Source of the DNA: Antedon mediterranea
Taxonomy: Eukaryota; Animalia; Echinodermata
DNA: 64,000 bases
Assembly: GCF_964355755.1 (NCBI RefSeq)
Contig: NC_092671.1
Location: 2,666,001 to 2,730,000 of the forward strand
Direction: 5' to 3'
Part shown: in pieces, positions 12,900 through 25,150 of the stretch
How positions within the stretch are numbered: the first letter of the stretch is position 1
Layout: each line of letters starts with the position of its first letter
Made by a program: the position numbers and the translations under genes
Notes under the pieces: model-generated
What the model was told of the DNA's origin: nothing
The model's input: only the letters and a program-made list of their open reading frames with translations
Database searches by the model: none

Positions 12900-13498
12900 T
12901 ATTCACCGAAATGTGTGTCAGCCTTCTTGTTTTGATTTTGGAGCTGGATTTTAAACTATATAGCGCCACCATACGGCAGTCTTATTATAAATTTGCTTTC
13001 CAAAATCTCATCAGCTTTTTCCCCTGAAAAAAAACATTTTTAGTCCTAATTTCCGAATCCGAATTCATTGACCGTTCGTTATTAGCACGACTCTCTGAGA
13101 AGATCATATTAATTATTTAGTACAATAATGTAACATCCCTCTTCTTAAGGAAAAGTTGCGGTTATGCATAAGTGGATATTATATAATAATAAAGAGTTTA
13201 ATATTATTATGTTGTCTGTGGTCATTATTGTTATTCTCTTGTTATAGTTAACATTAATATTCATAAAAACAATCACTGCTCAAATTACATAAGTGTTCAT
13301 TATGATTATTGTCCAACATAACTGTATGTCCATGTAGAGTATGGTTATCAACACTAAAGTCTCAAAACGATAATAACTCACGAACAGTCATTGTTCATTA
13401 AACGTTTTCAAACAGTATAAAAATTAACTTTCTCTCTAAACAGTTCTGTAACACAACTATTTACAAACGTGAAGTATCATGGGTGCTTATATTGTAGT

Positions 13499-14630
13499 TT
13501 ATTCCATGATGTGGTCCTTGAATTTCTCTGGCATAGTGTGGGTTCGTTCAGGTCTCGTTTGCTGGGCTGGTATGATGTTTGTCTTTTGTTTCCCAGTTAT
13601 TTGTGGTGTGATCGCTTGTTTTTCACTAGGTTGTTTGCTCAGGGTGCTAGTTGGTGTAGGTCGTATTTTTATTCGATCTCGCTGGTATTGTACACCTTTT
13701 GGTGTTATTACTGTGTAGTTGCGGTCGGAGGTGCATTGAACAACTTTGGCTGGTTGCCACATACTTTTTGGTGCTTTCTGGAACCTGCATTCCTTGCTGA
13801 CTTCAAGTGGTGGTGGTTCAGCATGATATTGAGCGTATGCTTCTGTACGATGTGCTTTAGCTTGGATATGATTGTTGTTTCTCTGAGTTGGGAAGTTTAT
13901 GCTTGGTACAGAGTTCTTGACTTTCCTGTTGCACATTAATGTATATGGTGATGGAATGTCTGATGATATGGGGGTATCTCTCAATGCGACAAGAATTTCA
14001 TATAAACTCTTTTCCCCTTTCTTTGATTTCTTTAGCATGCTTTTGAGTGTTTGTATGCTTCGTTCAGCTCTCCCATTTGCTTGTTGGTGGTGTGGTGCGC
14101 TTGTTCTGTGGATGATTTCGTGGTTGTTGCAGAATGCTTGCAGTGTTTCACTTGTAAGCTGCGATCCATTGTCTGAAATGATTGTAGTGGGATTTCCAAA
14201 CAGTGAGAATATTGTTTCGAGCTTGTTGATGACTGTATTGCTCGTCGTGTTTATCATTTGGTCTGCCCATATGTATCCTGTGAAGTAGTCAGCTGTTAAT
14301 AGGTATTGCTTTCCTTCAAATTCAAACAGGTCGATTGCAATAATTTCCATAGCTTCAGATGTATGAATGGGTTTTACTGGTAGTTTTGATTGGCTTCTTT
14401 GGTGGGTTTGACATGCATCACAATTGTTTATGATACGTTCTATGTCTGCGTTAATTCCTGGCCAGTATACTGATTGTCTGGCTCTCAGTCTGGTCTTCTC
14501 AGTTCCTTTGTGTTGTTTGTGGAGTATGTTTAGGATTCTTGGTCTCATCTCTTTTGGTATGATGATTCTGGAGCCTTTGAGAATTATACCATCGTGTATC
14601 GCTAGTTCGTAACTATGTTGCCAATACGCA
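13499..14630 (-). pseudogene. Gypsy pol, integrase portion (different frame from RT after a break near 14630)
   Basis: Upstream of the ORF-track start the frame reads AYWQHSYELAIHDGIILKGSRIIIPKEMR. Then the HHCC finger (H..H.G...C..C), IDLF, ISDNG and ANGRAER (DDE). Confidence 0.88.
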
Positions 14631-15855
14631 TTTGTAGTTTCGTTTTTTCGTTTGGCCAGCCATTCAGTATAATTTTGCTGAGTTCTTGTAGCATGTTGTC
14701 TGCTGCGGTTGCTTCTTTTATTTTATCTAAGACGAATAATTTCGTATCAGTCAGTTCGTTAATCTGGACATCAAGATCAGGAATTTGAAATGTTCTCTGA
14801 TTAGTGTCTATGCAGCGCGAGAGGCAGTCTGCTATCGGGACTTCTTTGCCTGGTACATATTTGATTGTGCCTTTGTAATCCTGCATTTGCAGCATCAGTC
14901 GTTGGAGTCTGCTTGGCATTTTTGAGATGTCCTTCTTGGCGATGTCTTCTAATGGTTTGTGATCAGAGCAGATTGTGAATTCGCGTCCAAACACATAATA
15001 TCTGAAGTGTTTTATGGCCCATACGACAGCTAGTGCTTCTCTCTCAATGTTACTGTAATTTTTCTCTGCAGGAGTTAGCGATTTTGATGCGTAATGTATT
15101 GGTTTATCTTGTTGCATGAGCACTGCTCCAAGGCCTTTCATGCTCGCATCACATTGGATTGTGATCTCTTTCCTGGCATCAAAATAAGCGAGGACTGGAG
15201 TGTTTATGATGGCGTCTTTTATGTTGTCGAGCGCTTTGTCATGGCTCGATGTCCATTCATATACTGCATCCTTCTGTAGGAGCTTCCTTATAGGCTCTGT
15301 TAGATGGCTCAGCTTCGCAAACTTGGACAGATATTGTACTAGTCCCAAGAGCGATTGCAATTCCTGTTTGTTGGCAGGTGCTTTTATGTTCTGTATTGCT
15401 GTTACCTTTGCTGGATCGGGTGCAATTCCTTCTTTGCTGAGTACATGTCCGAAGAGCTTGACGTTTCGCTTGTTAATTTGGCACTTATCAGGGTTTAGTT
15501 TGATGTTTTCCTTTCTACATGCTTTCATGACATCTTGTATGGCCTTCTCATGTTCATTATTGGTTTTGGCTGCTATTAAGATATCATCTTTGATGCAGAA
15601 GACATTAGGAATATTGCCAAATATGCCATCTAGGTCCACTTGGAAAACGTCTTGTGCAGATATCAGTCCGAACGGTAGTCTTGTGAAACAAAATCTCCCG
15701 TAAATTGTACTGAATATTGTCAATAGTTGTGATCTGTTGGTAAGTGGTATATTCCAATACCCGCTTCGGAGGTCTAGCGTTGAAAAGTATTTCGCCTCGC
15801 GCAGATCTGGGAGTATGTCATCTAAGGTTTTCGCGTAGTAGTGTGGTCTTTTCAC
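14602..15855 (-). pseudogene. Gypsy pol, reverse transcriptase/RNase H portion (frameshifted)
   Basis: LDLRSGYW, RLPFGL, CIKDDILI, LFGH, QCDAS..GLGAVL, NYSNIEREALA, SDHKPL, IADCLSR motifs. Confidence 0.88.
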
Positions 15856-16733
15856 AGCCTTATTGAGGTCATGAGGATCATCAAATTAGAAAGTCAAAAT
15901 CATAGAGGGGATCTGCTAATACTATAGGGGTAAGGGGATAGATTAATTGACTGAGCCCTCTATAGGAATTAATAGTTTTGACTTCCTAGTTTGGAGGGGG
16001 CACTGCTCCATGCTGTGAAATGGCGTCACCCAGTTTGACCTTTTAACCCTGTATTTCGATACTGTGTTTTGAATGCAAATTGAAGATTGCCCGAATGGAA
16101 GCTGGATAAAAGCTGTTACGAAACCTAGAATAATGGACTGGTAACGCTTACAGTTACAGTACGCAACACCTCAAAACATTATGCATGGGATGAGTGAAAT
16201 CTTACAATATATAATTGTTTTCTTAATCAATCAATTTTTTAAAAACAGATACAATAGGGCTCTCATCAATTCCAATAATACGTGACAACGTTGTAGATCT
16301 GAATTATTTTTACATAAAAAGTAGGCCTATTGTAGTGAATGACAATACAATTTAATACAGTAGGCCTACACAGTTGATAATACTAATTTAGTGCTAAAAA
16401 AACTTCAATGCATTATATTGTATTATCCACTCAGATGAAGAGATGAAGAAATTGCTTGAATCTTAATCATAGATAAATTGAGCAGCAGTTTATTTTTTAT
16501 CCATAAACAAATGTTCAACTTTTAAAGAAATGTAAGATGTGGTCTCACTCACACGTCAGTTCCAGTAACTTCTATCTCCTCTAGTTCCCGTCGTAACTAA
16601 CATTATCATACTCCATAATTACGTCACACGCGATCAATCTGCTCGACTCAACTTGAGGGCGCTCACTCAAAGTTAAGCATGTGTCTTTTATTGCCTGAAT
16701 TTAGTAATATTAGTCTTTTTAACTATCAGTAAG

Positions 16734-18682
16734 ATGGCAAATATATCTAGAAAGTATGTGTAGACGTTTATTTTTAATTATGCAATATGTTTATTCTAAT
16801 TTATTTATATTTATTGTGCTGTGATGCCTAGTCTGGTCGTAAGAATTCTGTAGGCCGGCGATTTTGGTTTGCTTCTTTCCCATCCATCCAGCCTCCAGGA
16901 GGGGCGGACAATCACATACATTATGCGGTTGTTGTTCTGAAAGTCCAGGCCTAGGCTAGTCACAACAATTAAGTCTTAAATACCGCAAAGCATAGGATAG
17001 TGCCAGCTATTAAGCTAGGAATTTTAAGACAAAAAATAATGTATAATGATTCCAGTTATATTATTTTGGTCCGGCGGGGGGGATAGTTTTACCTTAGGCT
17101 TAGTTAAGCATAATAGTTAAGCTTAGGCCTAGTTATATATATATTTTTTTTCACATTATTGATTGTCTCCATCCCCGAAACCTCGACTAAGAAATACCGG
17201 AATGGTGTCCGGCGGGGGATAGTTTATTACCATTAGTTAAGGTCTAATGTAAAGCACCTAGAGGGGTCAGTGATCCATTAGGCGCTATATAAATACTGTT
17301 TATTATTATTATTAATAAAAAAAAATATAAAAATAATTAGGCCTAGGCCTACAGTACTACTTACTAGAGCCTAGGCCTAAATAAAGAAAATAAATTCTGT
17401 AGGATAAAATAATATTAATAGGCCCTAGGCCAAAGGTCATTATCGCATATACATTATTTATGGGACGGTACTGATTTTTATTTATTTTAATCTTCCATGC
17501 ATATAGATATCCGTTATATGTGGCTGGGAATCCACAACTCCGGATATTTTTCCCAAAGTTTTGGATGAAGATTGTGAAATGGAAAGAAAGCAGACCTGTG
17601 CCTCCAAATGTCGTTACATTTAATTGTTCTGTAGAGTGAGTAATTCTTGAATCTTGAATATATGAATACAGTAGAACCCTACATTTAGCATACTCCTATT
17701 ATTTGCTTGATACTTTGCTTGATGTTAGTTAACGGGTCGGTTAACAAGCTAAGTAGCTTATATGACCCTTCCTTTTCTTTCTATGCAACAAAACTTTAAT
17801 TACTGTATAGATGTTTGGGGATCTGGGTATGAACAATATTTGTTTTATTAAAAGATATCAGTAATGACAATATTTGAGTTTGGATGTTACTGCTATTTGA
17901 TGTACTTATAAATGTGAAAAGGGGAAAGTGTCATAGACATAAAAATGAGGCAATATCATGCTTTTAGGTAGGGTGCAGAAGGTGTCCCTTTAATAAGGGA
18001 TTCTACTGTATAAAATACATTATTATACATCATATTCTAGCTCGTTCTATTACAATCGCATAGTTTTCTACTCTAGCACCCTCTATCACAGCAATTTAAT
18101 TGCTTGTATACTGTATTATACTTGATCGTAAAAAAAAGTAACCCCACATGAAATTTTTTAACTTATTTTTGTAAACTTTTTTCCGATATCCAGAATGACA
18201 AAGTTTGATATTCAAAATTACCTGGAGAAAATTTACGGTGTGGAAGTTGCGCAAGTGAACACCTTCATTAAGTACGTGAGCTTAGCACGTGATCATCGTA
18301 ATAGGAGATACAAACCGAAGGATGATTTTAAAGTTGCATTTGTTACACTGGTATGTATAAAGGCTTAAAAGTGCCACCTAGAATGAAACTCCAATTTCAT
18401 CAACATCTGGGTGGCACTTATAAGCTTCCATATACTTGTACTAAAATATACAAATGATCTATTTAATGTAATTTTTGATTTAGCAAGCAATTTGTTAATC
18501 TATACCTCGTTTTTTTAAATCCCATTTTTTAGGCTGGAGAACAGACGTTTACTTTCCCGGATTTATTCCCAGAGAAAGAATCGGAAGAAGATAAATTGAT
18601 TGAGGAATTAAAAGAAAAACAAAAAGAAAGTGAACTAGAATTAAAGCAACGTGGTGGCGTACCAAGCTGGTTTGGTATATGA
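16734..18682 (+). CDS. MRPL23: Mitochondrial ribosomal protein L23 (uL23m), 4 exons, 151 aa
   Basis: Exons 16734-16753, 17507-17635, 18194-18350, 18533-18682, all GT-AG and in phase. Translation: MANISRKYPLYVAGNPQLRIFFPKFWM...EMTKFDIQNYLEKIY...[24 protein letters not shown]...RGGVPSWFGI, matching the MRPL23 pattern. Confidence 0.95.
17669..18008. mobile_element. Tc1/mariner-type MITE in MRPL23 intron 2
   Basis: TA|CAGTAGAACCCT...AGGGATTCTACTG|TA termini. The GTGTCCCTT motif is shared with related fragments near 30790, 36260, 45880, 51550, 56220 and 58420. Confidence 0.7.
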
Positions 18683-20069
18683 TACATCAGACTGTTTTTA
18701 TAGAACAATTATGTTATTGCTGGATGAATAAGTTTGGTTAAAGCTTGGTTAGCGCAATGGATGTGAGTTGACCAATTACAAACGACAGTTTGCTTACGTC
18801 CTCGTTATTTGTCAGACCATTTTTTTTGTGAACAGGAACTTTGTGCTCAACAGAAATGCATTTAAAAAAAAAATTAACCAAGATATAATTTATTAAGTAA
18901 TAAGACAGTTATTGGTGTATTCGATTTGATGTTTAATTAAACAAACAATGAATGAAAAATTCAACGTTGAATACACCAAAACTTTGAAGATTTTTTACTG
19001 TATAAACAATGTTGGATCTTTCCATATGTGATTAATTATAATCGGTATGGACTACTGTAAGGGGCCTTTCACACTGGTACCGGCTGGGCAAATATAATCA
19101 CATCAGATCTCAATGTTTTTACGCGATGGGTGAATAACTGAATGGCTTGTTGTGAATGGTATATCCGCAATTTGACCCGACCCTGAAGTCATGATTGCAA
19201 CACAAAATAAATAACATTAATTCAAAAAATAATAATAACCTTGATTTAAATTGTGTATTTATTGCAACAACATACTGTAACTATTTTGAAGTTTATTTTA
19301 CATTAAACAGAGATGCATTCTAATAAATGGATAAAAATAAAATGAATTTCTTTAGGGATCATGTCAAAATTATTCTACTGCAGTAACATGTGATCTTAGT
19401 TTGTTCAATTTAGAATTTTATGATTCATTAACTGCAATACATGGTTTGTATGAATACTTACAAGAGGCTTGATAAATATTTTCTAACCAGGTTAAAGAGT
19501 CCTACTAGGATGCAATAACGCATGCACAAGATGTTCCATCGTGATATGATTGGTCATTGGGCTTGCGTTTGCATCCAAGTTAGAACAAGCTTTAGTTAGT
19601 ATAGTTACTGCAGTAACTGCAAATAATAATTTTGACATGGTCCAAGTTACTATAGTTTCAATCTGGTTGAGTTTGTCAATTTAGGTTTGCTTGCAGTTGT
19701 GCAGGATGTCTCGTGTTCATGAAAAATGTCATTCTACTAATAATTCCTCTCTAGTATGTAACACCTCATAAATTGGTAGTATTCCAGAGCCCATGTATGC
19801 TGGGCCTTACGAATGTAAACCTCATGGATGTTTACTACTACATGTCTGTCTACAGTATTTGTTTTCTAATAATCATCAACCACCAGGTTGTAATTTATAG
19901 TGATATATTGGTGTAGTAGCGATGCAATAGTTGATATATTTGTGTAGTAGCGATGCAAAAGTTTCATGGTGATCAACAAATATCTTCTGATATTCATCTT
20001 CTAGTTGTACAACCAGCTGCAAAGTTTTCTTTTAACATCCGATATTATAACAGCATTCATTGTCAATTT

Positions 20070-22515
20070 TCAATATGTATAATTCATTCCACCTAAACAA
20101 AAATCTAAAACTTATAATGCGTCTTTCCATGAGATGCTATTACGCCCTGGTTCGGTATTACTTTGTTGTTTTCGGGATACTGTTTCGGGACCTATAAGGT
20201 ATTAATTAAGCGTGTTAATTAAAATTGAATATAAAAATGTAAATAATATAGGAATATCTGCAGGCGCTATGATGTAATCGTCATTGGTTTAATTGCTTGT
20301 ATCCTTCAACAAGATACTTCACTTTAATTACCTCTTTCTTCGGATGGGACATAAAACTGTGTACAGACATTGCACATGTGATGATGATAAAGACTATGGT
20401 ACACTGTTCAAGAATTGTCTATGTGTTTATCATGGTGCTGTACTTGGCCTTCTGGGAGAACAGTAAAGAAGAAGTCACCCGGTATAAAGAAATGAATCCA
20501 AAGGGGCCCCAGCCCAGCTAGGTTTTAGAAATTACAAGTAAAAGACAGGCCATTAGGCTAAGTTGAGCACTTAGTTTTAGGCCAGCCGTCAGCACCCTTA
20601 TTTAAATATCCTGGATCCGCCAACAAGACTGTCCATATTACATACTTTTCCCCCTTTCTTCTTCTTAGGTATAAAGGCCCCTCCCCACTCTAAAAAAAAA
20701 TCCCCCTCACTCATTTGTTTTAGCCAAGGTCAACTAAACAGAAATTGAAAAATATTTGTCGATTAGTAATAGTATCAACACTTACTGCAGGTAAAAACCA
20801 CTTGAATAAATATCCAAGATAATAAATGAAGAGAATAATTCCAAGAAAACCAAAAAACATGCCAGCCTGTTGTTTCCTGAAATACACAAAAAAAAACCAA
20901 TCAGAATTTATACATGTTAGGCTTTTTTTCAACATTAATAGTAAATATAAATTATTTATTATAAAACAAATAAAAGATCCACCTCTGGAGTCAATGGAGA
21001 TTATTCATACTCAGTAGTATAAATTACACAAACTAATAGTGATGTTAGTATAGTAGTCTATTTCGTGCCCAGCTTACCTGGATAAACCAACAATAGCCTA
21101 TGCTCTCCAGAGGGAGGGTTTAGATACGAAAAGTTAAAGTTCTTAGAGCACTCCTGGACCATAATGGACTAGTACGCAACCATGCCCTCATGTGGAAACG
21201 TTCCACTATCATCATTTCGGAGAGCACGGGCTATTGTCGGTTTATCCAGGTAAGCTAAGCTTGAAATAGACTACACGGTTGCCAAGAGTTCACACTGTAT
21301 TCTAAATCCTAAATTTATAGTTCGCCATCATACTGTAGCCATACCTTGAATATTTCATTGTTTTTGTAGTATTAGGTGTGTATCTTTTAAGAAAATCTTC
21401 TTCTATGTGTAACTGGGGAAAAAGAAATTATAAATTAAAACGGTAAGCAAGAAATGAAATCAAAAAGCTTGTTGAGTAAGGGATGTTGTATGATTATGTA
21501 TGACTTATTCATACGAACATATAAAACATGACAATTTATATAAAGTTCTTCTACAAGTATTACCAAACATATTGTCGAAACATAACACACCCCACATCCA
21601 CTGGTTTATATTGACATTGTGGCTTCGGTCTGGTATCAGGAAAGGAAATGGATACAAGTTCTCCATTTCTTTTGAAACTTAGGGGCTGGCGATAAATAAT
21701 GTGGGTGTAACTGACCAAGATTAGCATCAAACAAGAGGCTTAGTAGGTATGTTTAATGAAGGAGTAAAAACAATAACAAAAACATACAACATCTCCAAAA
21801 TTTCTTCTTTCCTCTGGGAAATCCCAGTCAGCATGAGGATTTCTAGAATCCTGATGAACTTTATCAAACTTTGGATAATCTCCCCAACCTATTCCATCAT
21901 CTGCATAAGGTTCGTAATCTTCTAGTCGTATGTTGTACTTCTTGGCAGCTGCAATTCTGTCAGCTTCTGTCTTGGGATAAAGTTTAGGCATTCCTCTTTT
22001 GGAGCTGTCTCCAAAAAATGAATCTGAACCTGAAAAATATTGTCATCAATTAATTTTGTTTAAATGAATAACTAATTAATATTTAATAGATAGGTCTAAC
22101 AACTAGTAGTAGTAGGCCTAGGGCTAGCTAGGCGAAGTTCTGTGACCTCTCTAGTGTAAGCATGAATGGTGATGGGGCTAACTTACTCAATTATAAATAT
22201 ATATTTATTAGGCCTCTAGTCTTAGTAGACTACCTAGCTAGGACTAGCCTAGAGTAGATCCTTTCCAACTCAGCCTAGCCTCCTAGGCTAGGCTAGCTAG
22301 CTAGGCCTAGGCCTACCTAGGCCTACACTTACACTAGCCCCTAGCTAGGCCTAGCCTAGTAGCTACCTATACCTAGGCCATATCTACACAAATTACTATA
22401 ATAAGCAATTAAAAAGATATATATGCAACTTACTCATGCATGCTTTTTGGGATACACGGACATTTTTCAGCAAAGAAAGACGAAATAACTTGGAGAATCG
22501 ACCGGCTAGCGCCAT
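20070..22515 (-). CDS. NDUFB8: NADH dehydrogenase (ubiquinone) 1 beta subcomplex subunit 8; last two exons tentative
   Basis: Exons 22434-22515 (presequence-like), 21788-22029 (YPKTEADRIAAAKKYNIRLEDYEPYADDGIGWGDYP...WDFPEERRNFGD), 21345-21412 and 20786-20876 (TM helix FFGFLGIILFIYYLG). Tentative 20332-20356 and 20070-20092 give ...EERGGMNYTY*. Confidence 0.9.
21053..21274. mobile_element. MITE in NDUFB8 intron 3
   Basis: ~55-bp imperfect TIRs GTAGTCTATTTC..AGCTTACCTGGATAAACC.ACAATAGCC..TGCTCTCC. Remnants also occur near 3600-3710 and 34400. Confidence 0.8.
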
Positions 22516-24874
22516 TTTGTTGGTTCACGATCGAGTCTCTCTTTCTTTTTCTGCAGTGCGCCCTCTCTATAAATCTATCTATATCATCAAAGATCTTACA
22601 TACTATACTAATTATCGTCGTGCTATCTTATAAGCTCTAATATCTTTGATATTATGATATACCCAAATATTTATGTTCCCAACCCTCCCCCATTTTTTAT
22701 TTTTTTGATAAGATTTCTATAACAAAAACCAATGTAAAAAATGGGATGGTTAATGAGACTGAAAAAAAAAATTGTTTAGGGCCTAGCCTCTATTAATTAT
22801 TTATACCACAAGTGACAATCATACCAAAATAATATTATTACAATACAGTACTACTAGAATTAAATCAGGCAAATCATAATCTAATCATAATCATATCATA
22901 AAAACAACAATAAAAATGATTTTAGTTTAATAGTACTGCATTACCAAAGCAGAATTCAAATACTATAGGATGGCATACTAGTATAATTTTAAGTGAAAGA
23001 AGAGGGTAGAAGGAGTCCTGATAGATAATTAATGTTTCATGAAAGTCCTTAATGCATCTTTATTTTTTATAGACATAAAATGCATAAAAAAATTCAATCG
23101 ATCACTCTTTTTATAACAGTAAACAAACAGAGCGGCATGGCCTTTGATCAAAGATCACGGTTTGTCTTTTTTGATCTTATGAGATAAAAATGTGGTGGTA
23201 AGGTGCTACCGTTGAGGGTGCACTTCAGACAGCAACACACAACAAACCAAGTGGCTTCAGTTTTTGCATGATTAGCAATGAGAAGTGTGAAATCTGTTGA
23301 CGTACGAATGAAATCCTCTAATAATTCTTGATTCATTGGGAACTTGTTGATATTTTAACCGCCCGTAAGTATTTATATGCTGTTTGATTATTTTCACCGC
23401 TAAAATTAAATATTTGATGTTTTGTAAATCGTTGTGTGGGGTTTGATTTTGACAACCGTTGGTCTGTAAAAAATAAACGGTAAACTGTCACACATATCAT
23501 GGACTTTACTCCATGCACATATTCAGACCACACAAGATTGTCAGTACACTGACTGAATCATAAAAAGATGGGACTATTTAAATTTTGGACAGAAGTGGTG
23601 GCCTACCTACAGTAGTAGTTAGTGTATTGTAGACCTAGAGCACAGAGATTTAAAAATTAGAGATACTGTAGATCCCACATATTATCAACTAAATGTTCGG
23701 TAACTTTATGTTTTTCTCAGCCTTTAAGTACAGTATACATACAGTACGTACAGTGAGTAGTAGTAGACTAATAATAATATAATACGTGCTGTACATGTCT
23801 CTTCATGGTCTTTTCATATCATAGTCATACTCTAATTTCCATGTAATCATATTGTGTTCTTTCATACATGTATGTACTCGTTCACTAAGTCTACCTCTTC
23901 TTCCACCATCCTTGCTTGTCCGATAGGTCATCTCAAAAGATGTGGCGATCGTTCCTAATGTCGCTGCTTTGAAACTCTAACTTTTAAAATCCTAGATCAA
24001 TTCCTATCTTTTCCATTTGTTTTAAATAATTTTGCATTTATTTCGTTAAAATTTTCATTTATTTGGCATTGCTTGTGGTTTTTTAAGTGCATAGAACCAG
24101 TTTACTGCCTGTATTATTTGATCACATGATCTTTTTATTTGCCTTTTTTAATATCATTTGTCCTTTTCTGTGTCTGCACTTGACAGACTTATGTACACAA
24201 TGAGTTAAGCACCTGAAGAATAAACATATCTACAGGCCTATGTTAATTTCCATTAAAATTGCGATTTTTGTTATTGTAAATGTACCGATTATGTATGCTT
24301 ATTGATTATTGATTCATGGTTTATTGCAATTACTAATTGCATAGATAGACGCCATCAGAGCCACTGTTGTCTCGGTGTTTAAGAGTTTGCAAACAGACTA
24401 CTGTCTGGACCTATGTGCTATGAGTAAATACATAGATAATAGTGCATGAATAAATTACCATTACCAGAATCTGGATTTTAAATGATGTTTTGAAAATAAC
24501 CGATGCAATAATGTCACTTAACCGGATATTGCTGTGCAACATTGAGCAGAAATAATGGTAGTTATTATTATGACCGCCATTGATCAAGTACTGTAGCATC
24601 TTGACCGTTCGACCGTCTGAGTGCATCACATTTTGGGTATATTAACATTTTAGTCGATGACCACTCACTGATGTTAGGATCATATATTGTATACTTCACA
24701 GAATGCAGTTGATCATTACTGTATAATGTATTGTAGGCTACATTAAAAAAATAAACTGTATAAATATTTTAAATTAAACCTAAAATATGTAGCAGAAACA
24801 GGCCCAATTGAGACATTTAGATCCCAAAAAGCAATTGTGTTAACTACACAGCATCCAGAAGAAACCTCTACACA

Positions 24875-25150
24875 CTAGTTGGTCCAAATATCTCGAGGCT
24901 CAACTTTTAAATTAAAGAAACCTAGATGGAACTCAACTAAACGGAATAATTTTTTTGATACTAGAGTAATTAACAAGTGGAACTCGCTGCCCAAATCTGT
25001 TGTCAATAGCAAGAGTGTAAATTCATTCAAAAACAAACTTGACAAATACACACACATACACACATATGAGAGAAGAGGCTCCCTACGAGTTTAAAAACTC
25101 ATTGCCTTGCCTCTTAACTTTACTAAAGGTAAGAATTACTAAAGGTAAGA
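24875..25150 (+). mobile_element. 3' fragment of a CR1/L2-type LINE
   Basis: RGSTFKLKKPR..KRNNFFDTRVINKWNSLPKSVV..SVNSFKNKLDKY is the typical CR1 ORF2 C-terminus; a short ACTAAAGGTAAGA repeat tail follows. Confidence 0.8.

Larger units (their letters stand above)
13130..15881 (-). mobile_element. Ty3/Gypsy LTR retrotransposon fragment (RT-RNaseH-integrase, 3' UTR, PPT), 5'-truncated
   Basis: Domain order RT-RH-INT. Polypurine tract AAGAAGAGGGA (13136-13146, minus strand) is followed by TGTTA, the expected LTR start. Homology stops just upstream of DPHDLNKAVKR near 15881; no gag, protease or 5' LTR is seen. Confidence 0.9.

Noticed and set aside
11961-13027. ORFs rich in LRNFKLRK/AQFQIAQ
   Set aside because: Translations of the TTGCGCAA DNA repeats, not proteins.
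12950-13135. Complete 3' LTR of the Gypsy element
   Set aside because: Only the PPT and TG start are visible; there is no second LTR to define the end.
14600-14650. Programmed frameshift between RNase H and integrase
   Set aside because: Gypsy pol is normally one frame here, and residues appear to be missing at the break, consistent with a small deletion or assembly error.
13469-15703. Plus-strand ORFs of 129-167 aa over the Gypsy element
   Set aside because: Antisense shadows of the pol coding sequence.
23148-23533. Minus-strand short ORFs with Cys cluster
   Set aside because: No splice context or recognisable homology.
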